Positions 38,102 through 48,569 are shown, counted from the first letter of the stretch. The stretch: 64,000 bases of DNA from Candidatus Nanoarchaeia archaeon (GCA_028714375.1 JAQTMK010000001.1:243636-307635); one strand, 5' to 3'. Notes: a model not told the origin generated them from the sequence alone. Translations and numbers: made by a program.

Positions 38102-39073
38102 TTAACTGGCACAGCCAGCATCAGCTGCTGCGTTTCCAGTTACACTATATCCAAAACCCGCTGAAGGAGTTTCTGAACTAAGTTTTGTGTTACATTCCTC
38201 TGGTGTTGTGTTGAAAGCACTACAGATTGTTGCAAGTAAACTTTCTGAATCTCTTGCACTCTTGACAACTGCACCGTTTATAACCAATGTTGGGCTTCCC
38301 TGTACACCATACTTAGTATTTTCTTCCTTGTAGATGTTAAACTGTGGATAAGTTCCACCAGACCAACTTGTTTTGTCTTCAAAGTTCTTAGTTATGTCAA
38401 ATTCAGTATCTGCTTTATCTTCACAAGCTTTTAACTTAGTTTTGTCAATTCCAACTTTGTCTAAACAGGTTTCTGTTGTGTCCCCTTTATCTAAGAAACA
38501 GGTTAAGTAATCAAAGTATTTATCATTGAACTCTTCCTGTATACAGTATTGTCTTAGTTGCTCATAAACTTCTTTTTCACCATGCATCGCATAGTCTACA
38601 AATTTAATCTTGAAGTCAATCTTGTCTTTTAATGTCTCAGCAACAGGAATTATTCCTTTTTCAATTTGGGTTCCATAAGGACAATGGCTCATGACAAATA
38701 ATTCTACAACGGGTTTATCTGATTTGGTGATTCCAGTAACTTCTGTTTCTTCAGGTGTTGATTCGGTTTCAACCATTTCAATTCCCTGGGGCAGTAATAA
38801 TGTTCCATCTTTTGTTACATAGGATTCATATTTACTTCCACCAATATCCATATTAAATTTATATAAAGATCCTTCATCACTTGAACTTACAATTGTTGCA
38901 GTTCCTTGACCTTTTAAAACTTCAGTGTTAATGTAGTTAATTGCTTTAGTTACTGCATCTTCTTTTGAGATTTTAGCTTTGCTAAAACCATCAGTAGTTA
39001 TAGAAGCAACAAGTAAAATAGCAAGAATAACTATTAACACTCTTTCAGCAATCATAATAGCTCTTCTGTTCAT
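38102..39073 (-). CDS. Membrane-anchored thioredoxin/DsbA-fold protein
   Basis: LFVMSHCPYG, YGVQGSPTLVING. Confidence 0.75.
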   Translation of the reverse strand: MNRRAIMIAERVLIVILAILLVASITTDGFSKAKISKEDAVTKAINYINTEVLKGQGTATIVSSSDEGSLYKFNMDIGGSKYESYVTKDGTLLLPQGIEMVETESTPEETEVTGITKSDKPVVELFVMSHCPYGTQIEKGIIPVAETLKDKIDFKIKFVDYAMHGEKEVYEQLRQYCIQEEFNDKYFDYLTCFLDKGDTTETCLDKVGIDKTKLKACEDKADTEFDITKNFEDKTSWSGGTYPQFNIYKEENTKYGVQGSPTLVINGAVVKSARDSESLLATICSAFNTTPEECNTKLSSETPSAGFGYSVTGNAAADAGCAS

Positions 39074-39252
39074 GTAAATCCCTCCCTAAATGATATCTTA
39101 AAAATCAATTAACACTTTAAATACATTTTGGTAGTTTCAAATAGGATTGTTTCATTTAATTTTTAGATGAATTTTTCATATTTTCTGGAAATCTTCCTAT
39201 TTTTCCTCGTAAATCCTTATAAAGAAAATAAGTTATAATAATCTAACCTAAA

Positions 39253-39684
39253 ATGAGACTTACAGCAAGAGAAATTCTAATCCTGAAAGAGTTAAGGAAA
39301 AACTCCAGATCTTCACTAGTTGAGTTATCAGATGCAACCGGTTATCCGATGAGTACCATTTTCTATAAGCTAAAAAAATTAAATTGTTTAATTGATAAAC
39401 ACACTTCCTTGATTAATTTTGATTCACTGAATTATTTAAAAGTTAATTTTATATTAAACTCAAAAAATAACATAAAAGATTTCTTAACTGAAAATAAAAA
39501 TCTAAATAATGCCTCAAAAATCACAAACGGATATCTAGTCCAAGGTGTTTTTAAAAATCTAAAAGAAGTGGATAGTTTTATTGAAGAACTTGCAAACTTG
39601 GATATTGAAGTTATTGAAAGGCACGATATCATTGAAACAATCCAGCAGGAAGAATTCTTAGTTAAAAAAATAGATTTTGAATAA
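39253..39684 (+). CDS. Lrp/AsnC-family regulator
   Basis: ILKELRKNSRSSLVELSDATGYPMSTIFYKLKKL. Confidence 0.8.
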   Translation: MRLTAREILILKELRKNSRSSLVELSDATGYPMSTIFYKLKKLNCLIDKHTSLINFDSLNYLKVNFILNSKNNIKDFLTENKNLNNASKITNGYLVQGVFKNLKEVDSFIEELANLDIEVIERHDIIETIQQEEFLVKKIDFE

Positions 39685-39687
39685 ATA

Positions 39688-39759
39688 TGCACCGGCTGGG
39701 AATCGAACCCAGATCAACAGCTTGGAAGGCTGCTATGTTAACCGTTGCACTACCGGTGC
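39688..39759 (-). tRNA. tRNA-Gly(TCC)
   Basis: GCACCGG/CCGGTGC acceptor; GCAGC-CTTCCAA-GCTGT arm; GGTTCGATTCC. Confidence 0.97.
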
Positions 39760-39808
39760 ATATGAAAACCTCAAATTAGTTGAATTATAAACTTTTCTAT
39801 TAGAATTT

Positions 39809-40450
39809 TTAATACCCAACCTTCCTAAATCCTTCCTTAATATCACTTCTTTTCCAGCCTTTTTTTAGCAGGTTTATTTTAGCAATTCTTTTTTCAAGAT
39901 GAAGTTTTTTGCATTTATTTAGGTAATCTGTTAATTCCTCAAGATTTTTGCTTTGTTTAGGAGTTAGATCAATAAACACCTTTCTTTGGTCCCACAAAAC
40001 ATCATCGTAAGCATATTCAATTTGTTTTTTTGTCCAGCCCTTTTCAGCCAATTTTAATGTGATTTCTTTTAGTTTAATTCCATTACCTATTTCTTTCTTG
40101 ACAAAACTCTTAAGATTATCATAGTCTTTTATTGTTGTGTATGGACTTTTTCCTTTGGTTAACTCTCTTAGGTCTTTTCTGCCCTTATATAAATTGAAAT
40201 AAATCAAACCAACAATTAATAAAACTAAAACAATTATGATTAACCAATATGGGAATTTATTTTCTTTAAAACAGTCTTCAGGGCAGATAATTTCATCCTC
40301 AATAGGGCTGGTACATACATTGTCTCCGCAGTAAGCATTAGTATTATCCACAGCCTGCATCCCAATATAACTTGGACTGAAAAATACAAAAAATCCAACA
40401 AACAAAACTAAACTAATTATTATTACTAAATCAGACCTGTGAATTTCCAT
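39809..40450 (-). CDS. Membrane protein with CGD..C...E..CPEDC motif and repeated KGW helical domains
   Basis: Two TM segments; L.KKGW..I..A repeats. Confidence 0.65.
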   Translation of the reverse strand: MEIHRSDLVIIISLVLFVGFFVFFSPSYIGMQAVDNTNAYCGDNVCTSPIEDEIICPEDCFKENKFPYWLIIIVLVLLIVGLIYFNLYKGRKDLRELTKGKSPYTTIKDYDNLKSFVKKEIGNGIKLKEITLKLAEKGWTKKQIEYAYDDVLWDQRKVFIDLTPKQSKNLEELTDYLNKCKKLHLEKRIAKINLLKKGWKRSDIKEGFRKVGY

Positions 40451-40523
40451 TGAAATTATAGTCCAAAATTAATATTTAAATCTATCCAAAACCTTTTTAA
40501 ATGCTCTAAAACTCCAAAAATCT

Positions 40524-41399
40524 ATGAAAATAACAGAGTTTTATTTTAAAAATCAGAAGAAACTAACAATTATACCGTTGATATTAATTATCCTAAGTGT
40601 TATTATCCTAACAAATTCTTATATTCAAACCGGAGATATAATGAAGAAAGATGTTACCTTAACCGGTGGAGCAACAGCAACCATATATACAGATAAAGAT
40701 ACATCTAATCTAATTCCAGAGCTTGAAAAAAGATTCAATACAGATTTTGTTTTTAGAAAACTAACTGATTTTGGAAGCGACAAACAAAAAGGATTTTCAA
40801 TTGAAGGTAAAGTAGATTCTATGGAATTTAAGAATGCAATATCTGAAATAATGGGATTAGAGCTTACAAGTGAAAATTCTTCATTTGAAGAAACCGGTTC
40901 TAGTCTTGGTTCAAGCTTCTACAAACAAATGATAATTGCAATCTTATTTGCTTTTCTTTTTATGGGAATTGTTGTTTTCATAACCTTCAGAAACCCAATT
41001 GCAAGTTTGATAGTTCTTTTCTCTGGTGTTTTTGACATGCTTGTTAATTTAGCAATCATAAATCTTTTGGGAATAAGAGTCTCAACAGCAGGGATTTCAG
41101 CTTTGCTATTAATCATTGGATATGGAATTGATACAGATATTTTACTTACAACAAAAGTGTTTAAAAGAAGAGAAGGTTCAATAAACGAAAGGACGCTTGC
41201 TTCAATAAAAACTGGATTAACAATGACCGCAACAACAATGGTCGCATTGTTATTTGGTTATTTCCTTTCCAGCTCATTTGTTATTAAAGAAATGTTTTTG
41301 ATTATTATGATAGGATTAATTATAGATGTTATTGGGACATACTCGGTTAACTCATACTTAATAAATTGGTACACAAGGAAGAAATTTAAAGATGAATAA
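40524..41399 (+). CDS. secF: Protein translocase subunit SecF
   Basis: L.GG, IGYGIDTDILLT, six TMs; upstream of secD. Confidence 0.9.
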   Translation: MKITEFYFKNQKKLTIIPLILIILSVIILTNSYIQTGDIMKKDVTLTGGATATIYTDKDTSNLIPELEKRFNTDFVFRKLTDFGSDKQKGFSIEGKVDSMEFKNAISEIMGLELTSENSSFEETGSSLGSSFYKQMIIAILFAFLFMGIVVFITFRNPIASLIVLFSGVFDMLVNLAIINLLGIRVSTAGISALLLIIGYGIDTDILLTTKVFKRREGSINERTLASIKTGLTMTATTMVALLFGYFLSSSFVIKEMFLIIMIGLIIDVIGTYSVNSYLINWYTRKKFKDE

Positions 41400-43122
41400 A
41401 CTAAAGAATTTAGGAGTCAGAATCTGGATTTTAATCTTTTGTTTAATTATATGTATATTGGCAATTGCTCCAAAACCCTGGGCAACCGGAGTTGAGATTA
41501 AATCTGTAATCCCAGGAACAATATATTCAGAACAAAACTTGGCAGAGGGAGAAAAAATATTGGCAATCAACGGAGTGGATATTTCAACCCTCGAAGAATA
41601 TGCTGAAGCAGTGAAATATTTAGATAAATCTGCTGTAAAGTTAAATATAAAAACCGATTTGAAAGAGTATACTTATGAATCTGTTCAGGATATAGGGTTT
41701 GTATCAGAAAACCTTACCGTAACCTCCAGTAAATTCGTAGATAAGAATGCAATCATTATAAGCATAAATAATCAGGAAGTTAAAACTCAGGAAGATTTGG
41801 ATAAAATTGAAAAAGAATTATTTTCTAAAGAAAAATTAGTCATTAAGACAAATAAAAAAGAAGTTGCATTACTGGCAAGAGGATTGCCACAAATTACTGT
41901 AACAAAAGCAAAAACCTCAAACCTAATCAAAGGACTTGATTTGCAGGGTGGAACAAGAGCCTTATTAAGACCGGTTGGAGAAGATATCCAGCAAAAAGAC
42001 ATTGAGGATTTAATATCTGTCTTGACAAACAGATTAAATGTTTATGGTTTAACTGATATGACAATTAGACAGGCATCAGATTTAAACGGACAAAAATATG
42101 TTCTTGTTGAAATTGCAGATGTAACTTCAGATGAAATCTCTAACCTAATAAAACAACAGGGTAAATTTGAAGCTAAAATCGGAGATCAGATTATATTTGA
42201 GGGTGGAAAAGAAGATATTCCATTTGTATGTAGGGATGATGGTTCTTGTGCAGGAATAAGAAATTGTGAAGAAGCTGAAGATGGTTATTACTGTACATTT
42301 GAATTTTCAATAAGATTAAGTCAAGATGCAGCAAAAAAACAAGCAGAAGTAACCAAAAATCTAAATGTTATCTTAGAAAATGGTAAGGAATACTTAGATA
42401 AAAATCTTGACTTTTATTTAGATGGAAGGTTGGTTGACTCATTAAGAATATCTGAAGGTCTTAAGGGAGTTGCAACTCAGGATATAGCAATTTCTGGACC
42501 CGGATATGGAGCAACAGAAGCAGATGCATTTGGGGCAGCAACTTATAATATGAATAATCTCCAGACAATCCTGATTACAGGTTCTCTGCCTTATGAAATA
42601 AAAGTTGAAAAACTGGATTCAATCTCTCCAATACTTGGAAAGGATTTTGTTAGAAATGCAATATTGGTAGGGATTTTAGCATTTATTGGAGTCTCATTAG
42701 TTATCTATTGGAGATACAGATCCTACAAAATTTTAATCCCGGTTATGATTATTTTATTCAGTGAGGTATTGATGACTTTGGGTGTGGCAGCAATGATTAA
42801 ATGGAATCTTGATATTGTTTCAATTGCAGGAATTATTGCGGCAGTTGGTACAGGAGTAGACGACCAAATTGTTATGATTGATGAAATTATGAAAGGAGAC
42901 AAGGAAGAAAGATATTATAGTTGGAAAGAGAAGATAAAAAGATCATTCTTTATTATTACAGCAGCATATGCTACTACAGTAGCAGCAATGATACCTTTGA
43001 TCTGGGCCGGTGCTGGATTGGTTAAAGGATTTGCAGTTACCACAATTATCGGAGTATCAATCGGAGTATTCATAACAAGACCAGCATTTGCAGTCATCGC
43101 AGAGAAAATTCTAAAAAAGTAA
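41392..43122 (+). CDS. secD: Protein translocase subunit SecD (PDZ-like insert)
   Basis: GLDLQGG, RLN.YGL, GTGVDDQIV..DE, KGFA.TT, ITRPAF. Confidence 0.92.
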   Translation: MNKLKNLGVRIWILIFCLIICILAIAPKPWATGVEIKSVIPGTIYSEQNLAEGEKILAINGVDISTLEEYAEAVKYLDKSAVKLNIKTDLKEYTYESVQDIGFVSENLTVTSSKFVDKNAIIISINNQEVKTQEDLDKIEKELFSKEKLVIKTNKKEVALLARGLPQITVTKAKTSNLIKGLDLQGGTRALLRPVGEDIQQKDIEDLISVLTNRLNVYGLTDMTIRQASDLNGQKYVLVEIADVTSDEISNLIKQQGKFEAKIGDQIIFEGGKEDIPFVCRDDGSCAGIRNCEEAEDGYYCTFEFSIRLSQDAAKKQAEVTKNLNVILENGKEYLDKNLDFYLDGRLVDSLRISEGLKGVATQDIAISGPGYGATEADAFGAATYNMNNLQTILITGSLPYEIKVEKLDSISPILGKDFVRNAILVGILAFIGVSLVIYWRYRSYKILIPVMIILFSEVLMTLGVAAMIKWNLDIVSIAGIIAAVGTGVDDQIVMIDEIMKGDKEERYYSWKEKIKRSFFIITAAYATTVAAMIPLIWAGAGLVKGFAVTTIIGVSIGVFITRPAFAVIAEKILKK

Positions 43123-43167
43123 AATATTTAAACTAATCTTATTATATATTTTCCAGAGGTGATATTA

Positions 43168-43335
43168 ATGGATGAAATAATGATTGCTCTTTATGTGGTT
43201 CTTGGTGCTGTGGTAGGTATGATATACGGATTGAGAAGAATATTTATTCTTGAAAAAAGAATCTTGTTACTGGACGCAAAAATATCAAGACTACTAGGAG
43301 AAAAAACACATATCAAAAAGAAAAAGAGAAGATAA
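43168..43335 (+). CDS. 55-aa single-TM membrane protein (not in ORF track)
   Basis: MDEIMIALYVVLGAVVGMIYGLRRIFILEKRI...KKKKRR; GAGGTGA SD. Confidence 0.75.
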   Translation: MDEIMIALYVVLGAVVGMIYGLRRIFILEKRILLLDAKISRLLGEKTHIKKKKRR

Positions 43336-44037
43336 TTAATATTCTTTTCTTGCTTCTCTTAGGTTTGAATCTGTTCCAACATCAAACCATTTTCCTTCAA
43401 ACTTATGTATATAAACCTCATTCTTATCCTTGAAATAATTTATTAGATGCCCTAAATCATTTCCATCTTTTTCCTGTATAAAAGAATCAACGAACTTAAT
43501 GGATTCTTTAGGTAAATAATAACAGGCAGTACTTATCAAGGTACTTTCTGCTTTTTCAGGTTTTTCCTCAAGTTTTTTTATCTTGTCTCCTTCAATCTCT
43601 ACAACCCCATAATTTACTGCTTCATCTATGTCTTTGATGTCATAAACTCCAATCTTGATCTTGTTTTTTTCATTAACCAGAGAATGCAAACTGAAATTAA
43701 ATAAATTGTCAGAGCCAACCACCAATAGATTATCATTGAGATTTTTGTTTTTAATCAGGAAATTCAAAGAACCAACAGCACCCAACTGTTCCTTTTTATC
43801 TTTAGTCAAGTCGCTTATGATTTCTACTTTTGGATCATTAAACCAGGCCTGATACAGTTTTTTATATTTTTCATTGGTAACCAGATAAATCCTGTCTACT
43901 CCCCTTAGTTCTCTTATCCTGTCTATTATATGCCCAACAATGGGTTTATCCTTAATCAAAATTAGGCCTTTAGGTCTATCTCTCATTAAAAGAAATTTTC
44001 TTCCAGAATAACCAGCTGCTAATATGACAGCTTTCAT
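43336..44037 (-). CDS. Sugar-phosphate nucleotidyltransferase family protein
   Basis: MKAVILAAG...PK.L, YGVV, EEKP, WFDVG. Confidence 0.88.
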   Translation of the reverse strand: MKAVILAAGYSGRKFLLMRDRPKGLILIKDKPIVGHIIDRIRELRGVDRIYLVTNEKYKKLYQAWFNDPKVEIISDLTKDKKEQLGAVGSLNFLIKNKNLNDNLLVVGSDNLFNFSLHSLVNEKNKIKIGVYDIKDIDEAVNYGVVEIEGDKIKKLEEKPEKAESTLISTACYYLPKESIKFVDSFIQEKDGNDLGHLINYFKDKNEVYIHKFEGKWFDVGTDSNLREARKEY

Positions 44038-44117
44038 GACTTTTTATAGGATAATAATATATTTAAGGTTTGTTGTATAACTTTAGTGTAATTCTAGAAA
44101 ATATTAAATTTGAGTAG

Positions 44118-45569
44118 TCAATTTATGATTAAAGGATATTTCTCATCCAGCTCTTCTAGGGCAAATTGCAGCTTTTTTGAAGACTCAGCATACATAGTGA
44201 ATAATGGTTGTTTTTTGCTTACTTTGTGGCCTTTTTTGACATTTAAGTATATCCCAGCCCCTTTGTCTTCAGGGCTTCCAAGTATTCTCGCTAACTTGGA
44301 TAACCTACCATTGTCAATCTCAGTAACAGCCCCAGATTTATTTGATTCAATTATTTTGAAATATTTTCCAACTTTTAACCTATGTACATTTTTTCCCTGA
44401 GCTCGAATTATTTGTTTCATTTTTTCATAGGCTTTACCAGAATCTAAAATTTCCATAACTTTTTCTTTTGCATTTTTAACACCTGCCAACTTTAATAATT
44501 CAGTAGACAGAAATATTGATTTATCCATCAAATCTTTGGGACCATCTCCTTTTAAAACATTCAAAACATCTATGGCTTCCAGAACAGGGCCAATTCCATT
44601 ACCAACTGGCTGAGACCCGTCTGTAAATACAACTTTGATTTTCATTCCAAGCATTCTGCCAATTTTAATAAATCTTCTTTTTAGCACTCTCGCTGATTTT
44701 TTATCTCTGATTTTAGCAGTTTTTCCTATTGGAATATCAATAATGACATATTTAGCATTTACAGATTTTTTCTTTGATAAAATACTAGATAGCAGCATAG
44801 GTTGGATATCTAACATCAAGAATCTTTCAACTCTTATTATCGACTGGTCAGCATTAGCCAATTCCAAAGCTCCCCCCCACACTAAACAGGCATTTGTTTT
44901 TTTAATAACTTTCATAATTTTCTCTTTGCTTAAGGAAACATCAGCCAAGGTTTCCATTGTGTCTGCAGTTCCAGAAGGACTTGTTATAGATCTTGTTGAG
45001 GTTTTAGGCATGATATATCCTGCAGATGCAATTATTGGTGCCATAATCATTGAAGTCCTGTTTCCAGGAATACCACCAATACAATGTTTATCCAAAACTT
45101 TCTTATCTCCAAAACTCAATGTCTTTCCGCTCTTTAACATAGCATTTGTCAGATGGACTACTTCCCGGTCATCCATTCCTTTTGCATAACATCCAGAAAT
45201 AAAATAAGCAATTTCAGCCTCGTTTAATTCATTTTTTGTGATTTCTTTTATTATTCTTTCAATTTCCTCTTTGTTTAATTTTTTTCCTCTTAATTTTTTT
45301 TCAATATATTCAATCCCCCTTGGTTTTGCAGTTGTTTTTACATCAATCAAATTCCCGGGTTTTAATTTTAATTCTCTTAAACTTTCTTCAAACAAACCAA
45401 TAGTTCCGCTGCCAATTCCTTTGTGGGAAATATTTACTATAACTTTTGTTCCTTTGATATCTATCCTGTCGTTGGCAGAAACATCTAATCTCTTTGCATC
45501 TTCTTTGCTCAGGACAGCAACTAATACATGACCTGTAGAAAGTCCTACCTCTTTTACCTTTAACTTCAT
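44118..45569 (-). CDS. deoA: AMP phosphorylase (archaeal thymidine phosphorylase homolog)
   Basis: DKHCIGGIPGNR, KTSTRSITSPSGTAD.ME, QPVG.GIGP.LEA, G.P.DKGAG. Confidence 0.92.
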   Translation of the reverse strand: MKLKVKEVGLSTGHVLVAVLSKEDAKRLDVSANDRIDIKGTKVIVNISHKGIGSGTIGLFEESLRELKLKPGNLIDVKTTAKPRGIEYIEKKLRGKKLNKEEIERIIKEITKNELNEAEIAYFISGCYAKGMDDREVVHLTNAMLKSGKTLSFGDKKVLDKHCIGGIPGNRTSMIMAPIIASAGYIMPKTSTRSITSPSGTADTMETLADVSLSKEKIMKVIKKTNACLVWGGALELANADQSIIRVERFLMLDIQPMLLSSILSKKKSVNAKYVIIDIPIGKTAKIRDKKSARVLKRRFIKIGRMLGMKIKVVFTDGSQPVGNGIGPVLEAIDVLNVLKGDGPKDLMDKSIFLSTELLKLAGVKNAKEKVMEILDSGKAYEKMKQIIRAQGKNVHRLKVGKYFKIIESNKSGAVTEIDNGRLSKLARILGSPEDKGAGIYLNVKKGHKVSKKQPLFTMYAESSKKLQFALEELDEKYPLIIN

Positions 45570-45599
45570 ACTATTATCTTGGAATTTATATATTTAAAT

Positions 45600-46121
45600 T
45601 TAATGTTTTATTTCTTCTAGGTATTTCTTCCTTAATTCAAGAAAAAATTTCTTAACAAAATCCTGTTTAAAATCTGGGAAAGTATGTTTAAAATCAAAGA
45701 CCTCATTTTTTCCAAACACGTAAATCATATCTGCATAAATTCCTTTTCTTAGATAAACCCTGTGAGGTCTTGGCTTTGCACTAGGCAATATCAGATGTTC
45801 AGCATTCAGATAACCAGGATCAAGATTAAAAATTCTTTTCCCATTAATGGAATATTTATTTTCTAATTTGTTTGTAAATAATTTTACTTTAACAATCTCT
45901 TCAGGATCAATCAAATCCCTGAAAATAATAAACTTCTTTTTTAAATCTGTTCCAATCTCATCAGTGTAATAATCTGTAAAATTAAAAGAAAATTCATCAG
46001 AGATAGACTCAATCTTTCCAAATTTTTTCTCAAGTCTTTTTAGGATTACCTCAACCTCTTTCATATCCCTGTGGGTCATACCACAAAATAATTTTACTTT
46101 TTTAGGTCTTAAAGGTTTCAT
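45600..46121 (-). CDS. DUF4416 family protein
   Basis: F.FTDYY..E.G, K..TN.LE, R..NLDPGY, HRVYL..GIYA, FPDF. Confidence 0.85.
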   Translation of the reverse strand: MKPLRPKKVKLFCGMTHRDMKEVEVILKRLEKKFGKIESISDEFSFNFTDYYTDEIGTDLKKKFIIFRDLIDPEEIVKVKLFTNKLENKYSINGKRIFNLDPGYLNAEHLILPSAKPRPHRVYLRKGIYADMIYVFGKNEVFDFKHTFPDFKQDFVKKFFLELRKKYLEEIKH

Positions 46122-46375
46122 CCCTTTGAGAAGTAAGTTGAAAGATCAATCTTACCCATCAATTCCTGCTGTCTTTTAGCTGCTTCTGCTGCTTTAGATA
46201 ATGGCTCGTTGGATTGTGCTGCTGCTGTTGTTTTAGGAGCATCAATTCCGATTTCATTAAAGCCTTCTGTTAAGGGTTTATTATTTTCTCTGTTATATTT
46301 TGCCCTTTCAAGGATTTTGATTGCCTTACCTAAATCAGATAAGCTGTCGTTTTGTATGTCAACTACTAGTTTCAT
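46118..46375 (-). CDS. Hypothetical protein
   Basis: 85-aa ORF coupled (ATGA) to the DUF4416 gene. Confidence 0.65.
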   Translation of the reverse strand: MKLVVDIQNDSLSDLGKAIKILERAKYNRENNKPLTEGFNEIGIDAPKTTAAAQSNEPLSKAAEAAKRQQELMGKIDLSTYFSKG

Positions 46376-46428
46376 AACAACTTTTTATTAAAACTTATTT
46401 AAATTGTTTTCGTTACTGCAGTCTTACT

Positions 46429-46647
46429 TTATTTCTTTTTTTTGTCTTGAGATCTTTTCGGTTTGGAAAAGAATAAAACATATATCAAAGGCAGTATACC
46501 TACTGTGTTTAGTACCATTAAGGCTATAAACCAGGCAGTATGCTTGTTATTTGCTGCTTTCCATAGCCCTATACCTCTTATAATAAGATCCCATACAACT
46601 AACAATATGATTAATACCCAAATGATTGGGGCAATTCCATAGTACAT
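46429..46647 (-). CDS. DUF5652-like small membrane protein
   Basis: W....G..LWKAA....WF....LNT.GILP.IY. Confidence 0.8.
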   Translation of the reverse strand: MYYGIAPIIWVLIILLVVWDLIIRGIGLWKAANNKHTAWFIALMVLNTVGILPLIYVLFFSKPKRSQDKKKK

Positions 46648-46689
46648 AATATCACCTCTAAATAATATATATTTTATTAATATTTAAAC

Positions 46690-46968
46690 CTATTTCTTTT
46701 TTAGTTTTGCAACGGTTTTTTTAAAAGCTTCAATCTGCTTTTCACTTAAAACTCCATAAGCAAGATATTTTTTCTTAATATCCCTTAAAAAAGAATTTTC
46801 TTCATAGAATTTCTTGTCAATATCAAACATCTTCTTGAATTTAGGATCTTCAATGTCATCATTAATTTGTTTCATCTCGCATTGGACACAGATTGGAAAT
46901 CTTTTTCCATAAGTCATTATAACCATGTTCTTCTTACACAATCCACATCTTTGTTTGTATTTTACCAT
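46690..46968 (-). CDS. Hypothetical zinc-binding protein
   Basis: CGLC...CVQC; LSEKQ motif. Confidence 0.65.
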   Translation of the reverse strand: MVKYKQRCGLCKKNMVIMTYGKRFPICVQCEMKQINDDIEDPKFKKMFDIDKKFYEENSFLRDIKKKYLAYGVLSEKQIEAFKKTVAKLKKK

Positions 46969-47603
46969 TATCTAAAAATTTCATAAATATAGAATGTTGC
47001 ATCGTTTAAATTATTTTTGATTCTAAGGGTTGTTTTTATTTTATGTCTAAATCCTTGTTTTTTGATACATTCATTTAAAATATCTAATCTTCCGAATGAA
47101 GCATACGCAAGTATTATTTTACCACCTTCTTTTAAGTAGTTTCCGACTTCTTTAAAAAACCTTTGAAGTAGTCTAGCATCTTTATCAAAAGTTGCAATTT
47201 CTAGAAGGTCTTTAGCCTCCTTTTCAGGATTAAACGGAATGTTAAAAATAATTATATCAAATTTACCATTAATGTTCTCAAAAAGATTACTCTTAATTAC
47301 TTCGATTTTATTTTCTAATCCTAATCGTTTAACATTTAGCCTTGCACATTCTACTGCCCTGTCCAGAATATCCGCAGCAATTACTTTTTTTGCATTTTTT
47401 GAAGCTACAATAGCTAGTATGCCTGAACCAGTTCCCATATCAAGAACCACTGCATTTCGGGATATATCTAAATTTTTAGCTAAGAACTCAGAATCAAAGT
47501 AGTAAAAAACTTCAGGCAGGATTTTAAGTTTTAAACCTTCAAATTCAACCCAATACTCTCCCTTCTCTTTTAGGTGTTTAACAACTAGGTCGGTCCTGTT
47601 CAT
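46968..47603 (-). CDS. SAM-dependent methyltransferase (HemK/PrmC-like)
   Basis: VLDMGTGSG, FDIIIFNIPF (NPPY-like). Confidence 0.85.
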   Translation of the reverse strand: MNRTDLVVKHLKEKGEYWVEFEGLKLKILPEVFYYFDSEFLAKNLDISRNAVVLDMGTGSGILAIVASKNAKKVIAADILDRAVECARLNVKRLGLENKIEVIKSNLFENINGKFDIIIFNIPFNPEKEAKDLLEIATFDKDARLLQRFFKEVGNYLKEGGKIILAYASFGRLDILNECIKKQGFRHKIKTTLRIKNNLNDATFYIYEIFR

Positions 47604-47612
47604 TTTAAAATA

Positions 47613-47696
47613 CGCCGAGGCTGGGATTTGAACCCAGATATCCTTGCGGAAACAGGATTAGCAATCCTGCGCAGTACCAGGTTGTGCCACCTCGGC
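47613..47696 (-). tRNA. tRNA-Ser(GCT)
   Basis: GCCGAGG/CCTCGGC-G; CAGGA-TTGCTAA-TCCTG; long variable arm. Confidence 0.97.
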
Positions 47697-47731
47697 AACA
47701 AGAAAAAGAACCTTAAGTTTATTTATAAGGT

Positions 47732-47998
47732 TTACTCCTTCCTGTTTTTATATAAAAAATAGCTAATAACTACAGATAAGGTTCCGATTAAACCAGTAGC
47801 ATTTGCAGCAATTATTGGGATGTTGTTTATAGAAAGTCCATAGATTAACCACACACCAACTCCAATTGTAAATATTGAGTAAGTTATTAATGAAACATCT
47901 GCAGAACTTTTTCTTTTTAAGATTTTATAGGTTTGTGCAAAATGACCAAAACTCATAATCACCCCCATAAAGGTTGTGAGTCCCTCTAAGAAAATCAT
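47732..47998 (-). CDS. SemiSWEET/PQ-loop family transporter
   Basis: Q..KI.KRKSS.DVS, WLIYG, PII.AN; three TMs. Confidence 0.85.
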   Translation of the reverse strand: MIFLEGLTTFMGVIMSFGHFAQTYKILKRKSSADVSLITYSIFTIGVGVWLIYGLSINNIPIIAANATGLIGTLSVVISYFLYKNRKE

Positions 47999-48225
47999 TT
48001 TTCAGCTCTTTTGATCATTGGTTTTTTTAGGGCTATGAAAACTCCCCCGTCTTTTCCTTTCACAAAAGTTATCTCCCCTTTTTTTATTATTTTAGAAATC
48101 TCTCTGCCTTCAATATCCAGATGAGTAACAGAAGCATTTGATTTTCCTTTTTCATGGACATAAACCTTAATGCCCTTTAACAATTTTTTACCTTCACCAG
48201 GACCTGACATGATAATAAAAAACAC
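47995..48225 (-). CDS. Hypothetical protein
   Basis: Short ORF coupled to SemiSWEET; start uncertain. Confidence 0.55.
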   Translation of the reverse strand: MFFIIMSGPGEGKKLLKGIKVYVHEKGKSNASVTHLDIEGREISKIIKKGEITFVKGKDGGVFIALKKPMIKRAEK

Positions 48226-48288
48226 TCTCCTTATTTAAAATTTTTGATTCAAAACCTTTAAAAACAGCCAAGAAGTACTAAACCATAT

Positions 48289-48363
48289 AGCGGGATAGAG
48301 CAGCCAGGAGTGCTCGTCGGGCCCATAACCCGGAGGTCGGTGGTTCAAATCCACCTCCCGCTA
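48289..48363 (+). tRNA. Initiator tRNA-Met(CAT)
   Basis: A1-U72, A11-U24, three G-C pairs closing the anticodon stem; loop CCCATAA (C33). Confidence 0.95.
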
Positions 48364-48368
48364 TTCTT

Positions 48369-48569
48369 TCAACTTTTTATAATTTTATAATTAATTAATT
48401 TTGACTCAAGATTATTGTGATTGTCTAGAATCTCTCCGACAACATTGCTCTGGTTTCTCATCTTGTACTCTTTAACTGTTTTATATTCCCCATAGCAAGA
48501 GCCCATCTTAAATGCCAAAAGCATAGCTAATCCATATTTTACTGTTCTTCCAAGTTTTCCCATTTTCAA
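48369..48569 (-). CDS. Small exported/membrane hypothetical protein
   Basis: Basic N-terminus, hydrophobic stretch, GSC. Confidence 0.55.
   Translation of the reverse strand: MKMGKLGRTVKYGLAMLLAFKMGSCYGEYKTVKEYKMRNQSNVVGEILDNHNNLESKLINYKIIKS

Noticed and set aside
44635-45189. Long antisense ORFs in the track (also 19813-20268, 8443-8745 and others)
   Set aside because: They lie opposite well-supported genes and have the Phe/Ser/Leu/Ile-rich composition typical of antisense shadows.
47613-48363. Possible integrated element between tRNA-Ser and tRNA-iMet
   Set aside because: No duplicated tRNA 3' end and no integrase; only two small genes.
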